A DNA stretch of 64,000 bases from Utricularia gibba (taxonomy: Eukaryota > Plantae > Magnoliophyta), in NCBI GenBank assembly GCA_002189035.1, contig CM007991.1, positions 1,426,001 through 1,490,000 on the forward strand. The letters are read 5' to 3'. A model generated the notes under the pieces. The model searched no databases. It saw only the letters and a program-made list of their open reading frames with translations, and had not been told where the DNA came from. Of the stretch, positions 61,404 through 64,000 are shown one piece after another. How positions within the stretch are numbered: position 1 is the stretch's first letter; every line of letters begins with the position of its first letter. The position numbers were made by a program, and so were the translations under genes.

Positions 61404-64000
61404 ATGGCAAAGAAGTCCAAGAAACGCCATACAACGCATGGAAGAGAGTACCCTGGTTGTGTGCCCAGCTTGTTGAACATATTCGACTTTCGTCGTGGTC
61501 GATCCACCATACGAGGACTTCCTGATCGGCGCCCGCGCCCTTCGAATACGAGTACTGAAGGTGAGTTTCATGGCTCATGGAACAAGATCTTATGAATCAT
61601 CAAGCCTTGGAACAAAATTTTTTTAAGTTTATTCTTTGTTTCTTTGGTTTTTAACTTGGTGCAAAATAAGGTTAACTGGCTCAACGAGCTATTGGAATTA
61701 GCTTCGGAAACTGATTCACAATGGTTTTCCGCTGCAGGACGTTTGAGCATTGGAAATGGAACCGTCGCTGTAGGATGTGGTGAAGTTTTCGAAAGCAATG
61801 AGGTTCATGCTCATGCTCTAGCCAACTTTGAGCTCCTTCCATAATCCTAGATTTCCATGGTCCCTGTTTCAGATTTAGATATAATTTTCAGTATGGTTCA
61901 ATGTGTGTGTTGTCTACAACTGTATTTCAGACTTGTATTTAGGTTGCTTATCCTTATTTCAGGACCCTGAAGAAAAAGAGAGGTCAATGTCTGAGAATGC
62001 TAAACTAAGTGTTAAGGAAATCTTGAAAGTAGGCGTGATCAGTGAGGCAGATGTGGTAAACTTGCCTAGTAATTCTGAGGTGGGTGCAAATTGTTTGGTT
62101 GAGACAAAAGCATTTGATAAGCTTGTATATGAGACAGTGGTGGAGCATTTGGTCGGGATTAGTGATGAAACCTCTTTGGAAAATGATTTTTTCAAGTGTC
62201 TGGATTTGCTATCTGCTCAGGCAATCACGATAACGGATCAAAAGCTGGTGGCTGCGGTAAAACTTCTTTTGGAGGATAAGGTATTGAATGCAAGGAATTA
62301 TCCGAGTCCTTCCCCTGGAGATTCCATGGATGCAGTAAATATGTTAACAGAAAATTACACTTCGCTTGTGGAACTCCTACAAGAATTGCACATTTTCTGG
62401 CTTAAACGGGCTCTCCCTTGTCTGCGAGCATCTAACTTGCCTCACAGAAAACTAGGAAACACAAAAACCGATGAATATAGTAGCCATAAACACCAAAGGT
62501 TCTTCCGAAGCAGATCTTTGGAGAGCTTCCTTCTAGAAAGTGCTGAGTGCAATTCTTCTCTTGCTATGTTGGGGCCAAGTTCAGTTATGACACAGAACTT
62601 GAAAACTGATGCTTCTGTCAATGGTGCTTCCTTGCTGTCTTCCTACATGTATGATGAGCAGAAAAATGAGAGGTGCAAATCATTCCGTTTTTCATTTACT
62701 GAAATAAAAAGAAGGCTATGGCAGGTACTGGGAAGGGATCAAACAGTTATATCCTCGGTGTATTCTTCGAAATCCCAAAAGAGGAAGAATAGTGGAAAAC
62801 AGAAAAACCTTGATTGGAACTCTTCAAATAGGAACCATCTCTATAGTGAAAGATATATCTTATCCACTGGACAAAATGGAGAACAGAATATAGAGTTGAA
62901 AGAGAACGGGAATGACACTGCAAGATGTCAAGGGCATGGCATCTTGAGCATATATATCGAGGCCAAGAAACATATCTGTGAGATGTTGAAAGATGTAAAT
63001 GAAGAACCGGATCCAATAATAAAGAAGTTGGCCAAGTCCTCGGTCATGATACTTACTGCTCCTGATCCAGCAGTTGATGAAGTTTTAGGTAGCATGCCAT
63101 TTAGAACAGATGGTGATGATTGTGACGTTGATGTAAGGTCCACTGAAAGCCAATCTGCTGTCCCACATAGAGGCAACGGCAGAACGTTTGCTCTTGAGAT
63201 TCAATTTTCATATCCCGAATATGCAATCCCTCAAGGTAATGCATGTTGAAAAAATTTTAAAATTTGGAGGATAGAAGTCCAAAACCATCTCAAATGTGAT
63301 GCTTGACGGTTGCAGAGATCACAGAAGCAGCCGAGTCAGGGTATGAAGAAGCAGGAAAAATCACTGAGGCAAAATATGAATCATATACTAGTTCAATGGA
63401 TGGAGATTTCCAGCATGAGGACATTAGAGAAGATACATGTGCGGATACTGTTCATCAGACATACCTGAAATCAGTAAGATATAAGTGCTTGATTCTTGTG
63501 AGTTGACGTTAAATATCAGCCCGCACAATGTGGGCATAATGTGCGACAACCCAGCATCATTTGTATCATCGGAGTTTTTTTTGTAGCTCAACAAAATTCT
63601 GTTATATAATTCTGCGTCTTCCTTCGTTTCATATTTTATATTTCTCTGTTATTGATACTGGCAGGAACTTATTGAGAAAGATCAAATATTTTTCTCTCCA
63701 ACAGTTTCAAACTCACACTCTCCTGCTACACATGAAGCAAAAGGTTTTATGTCAGAGCGGCCTAGCCCTGTATCTGTTTTTGAGTCCTTATTCATGGATG
63801 ATACTAGCAGCTCTGCAAGCATTGCATCTGAGCCAGGTTAGATAAACCATGCAGCAATATTTGATCAAAGGATTGTAATTTTATTTAGTTTCATTTTTAG
63901 TTGACGGACGTTTCAATCTGTTTTCACTCAGTAAGGGAAATGAAACCTGACCATTTAAATTTTGAGGAGCAATATCCATCCTATGACCAAGGGAGCTGTA
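61404..64000 (+). CDS. TON1-recruiting motif (TRM/DUF3741) protein, TRM13/14/15/33-like; continues beyond the window
   Basis: MAKKSKKR...GCV.SLLNIFDFRRGRS, SVKE, RSRSLE, FSFTEIKRRL, IYIEAKKHI.EML, ERPSPVSVFESLF. Exons join in phase (61404-61561, 61738-61803, 61964-63235 and further). Confidence 0.85.

Overview
Gene-dense plant (eudicot-like) nuclear euchromatin. It holds 21 recognisable protein-coding loci in 64 kb with short introns. In order: ZIFL-type MFS transporter (partial), BAF60/SWP73, eEF1B-beta/delta, UPF0235/STEEP1-like, ALS, serine decarboxylase, MORC4/7-like, clade III SWEET, mitochondrial PDH E1-beta, GH3 beta-glucosidase, MSL1, group-B MAPK, BPS1-like, an F-box remnant, a TMEM8/DUF3522 protein, a CRCK-type kinase, an ELM2-SANT protein, a MESD-like chaperone, ASK20/21-like, SPPL and a TRM protein (partial). 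I found no rRNA, tRNA, CRISPR array or intact transposon, and I cannot support a new multi-gene biological system. The most notable observations are: (i) four single-base-deletion frameshifts in three neighbouring conserved genes between 37.2 and 44.1 kb, which are most likely assembly errors but could be block pseudogenisation; (ii) ALS substitutions at or next to herbicide-channel residues; (iii) a 93-bp tandem repeat carrying six copies of a TAACCATGGTTA dyad between divergent genes; (iv) an ARID-family protein apparently lacking its ARID domain; (v) a strongly diverged ASK21-like SKP1; and (vi) two orphan gene-like islands without a recognisable ORF. Exon boundaries were read by eye. Family assignments rest on motif recall, not on database searches.
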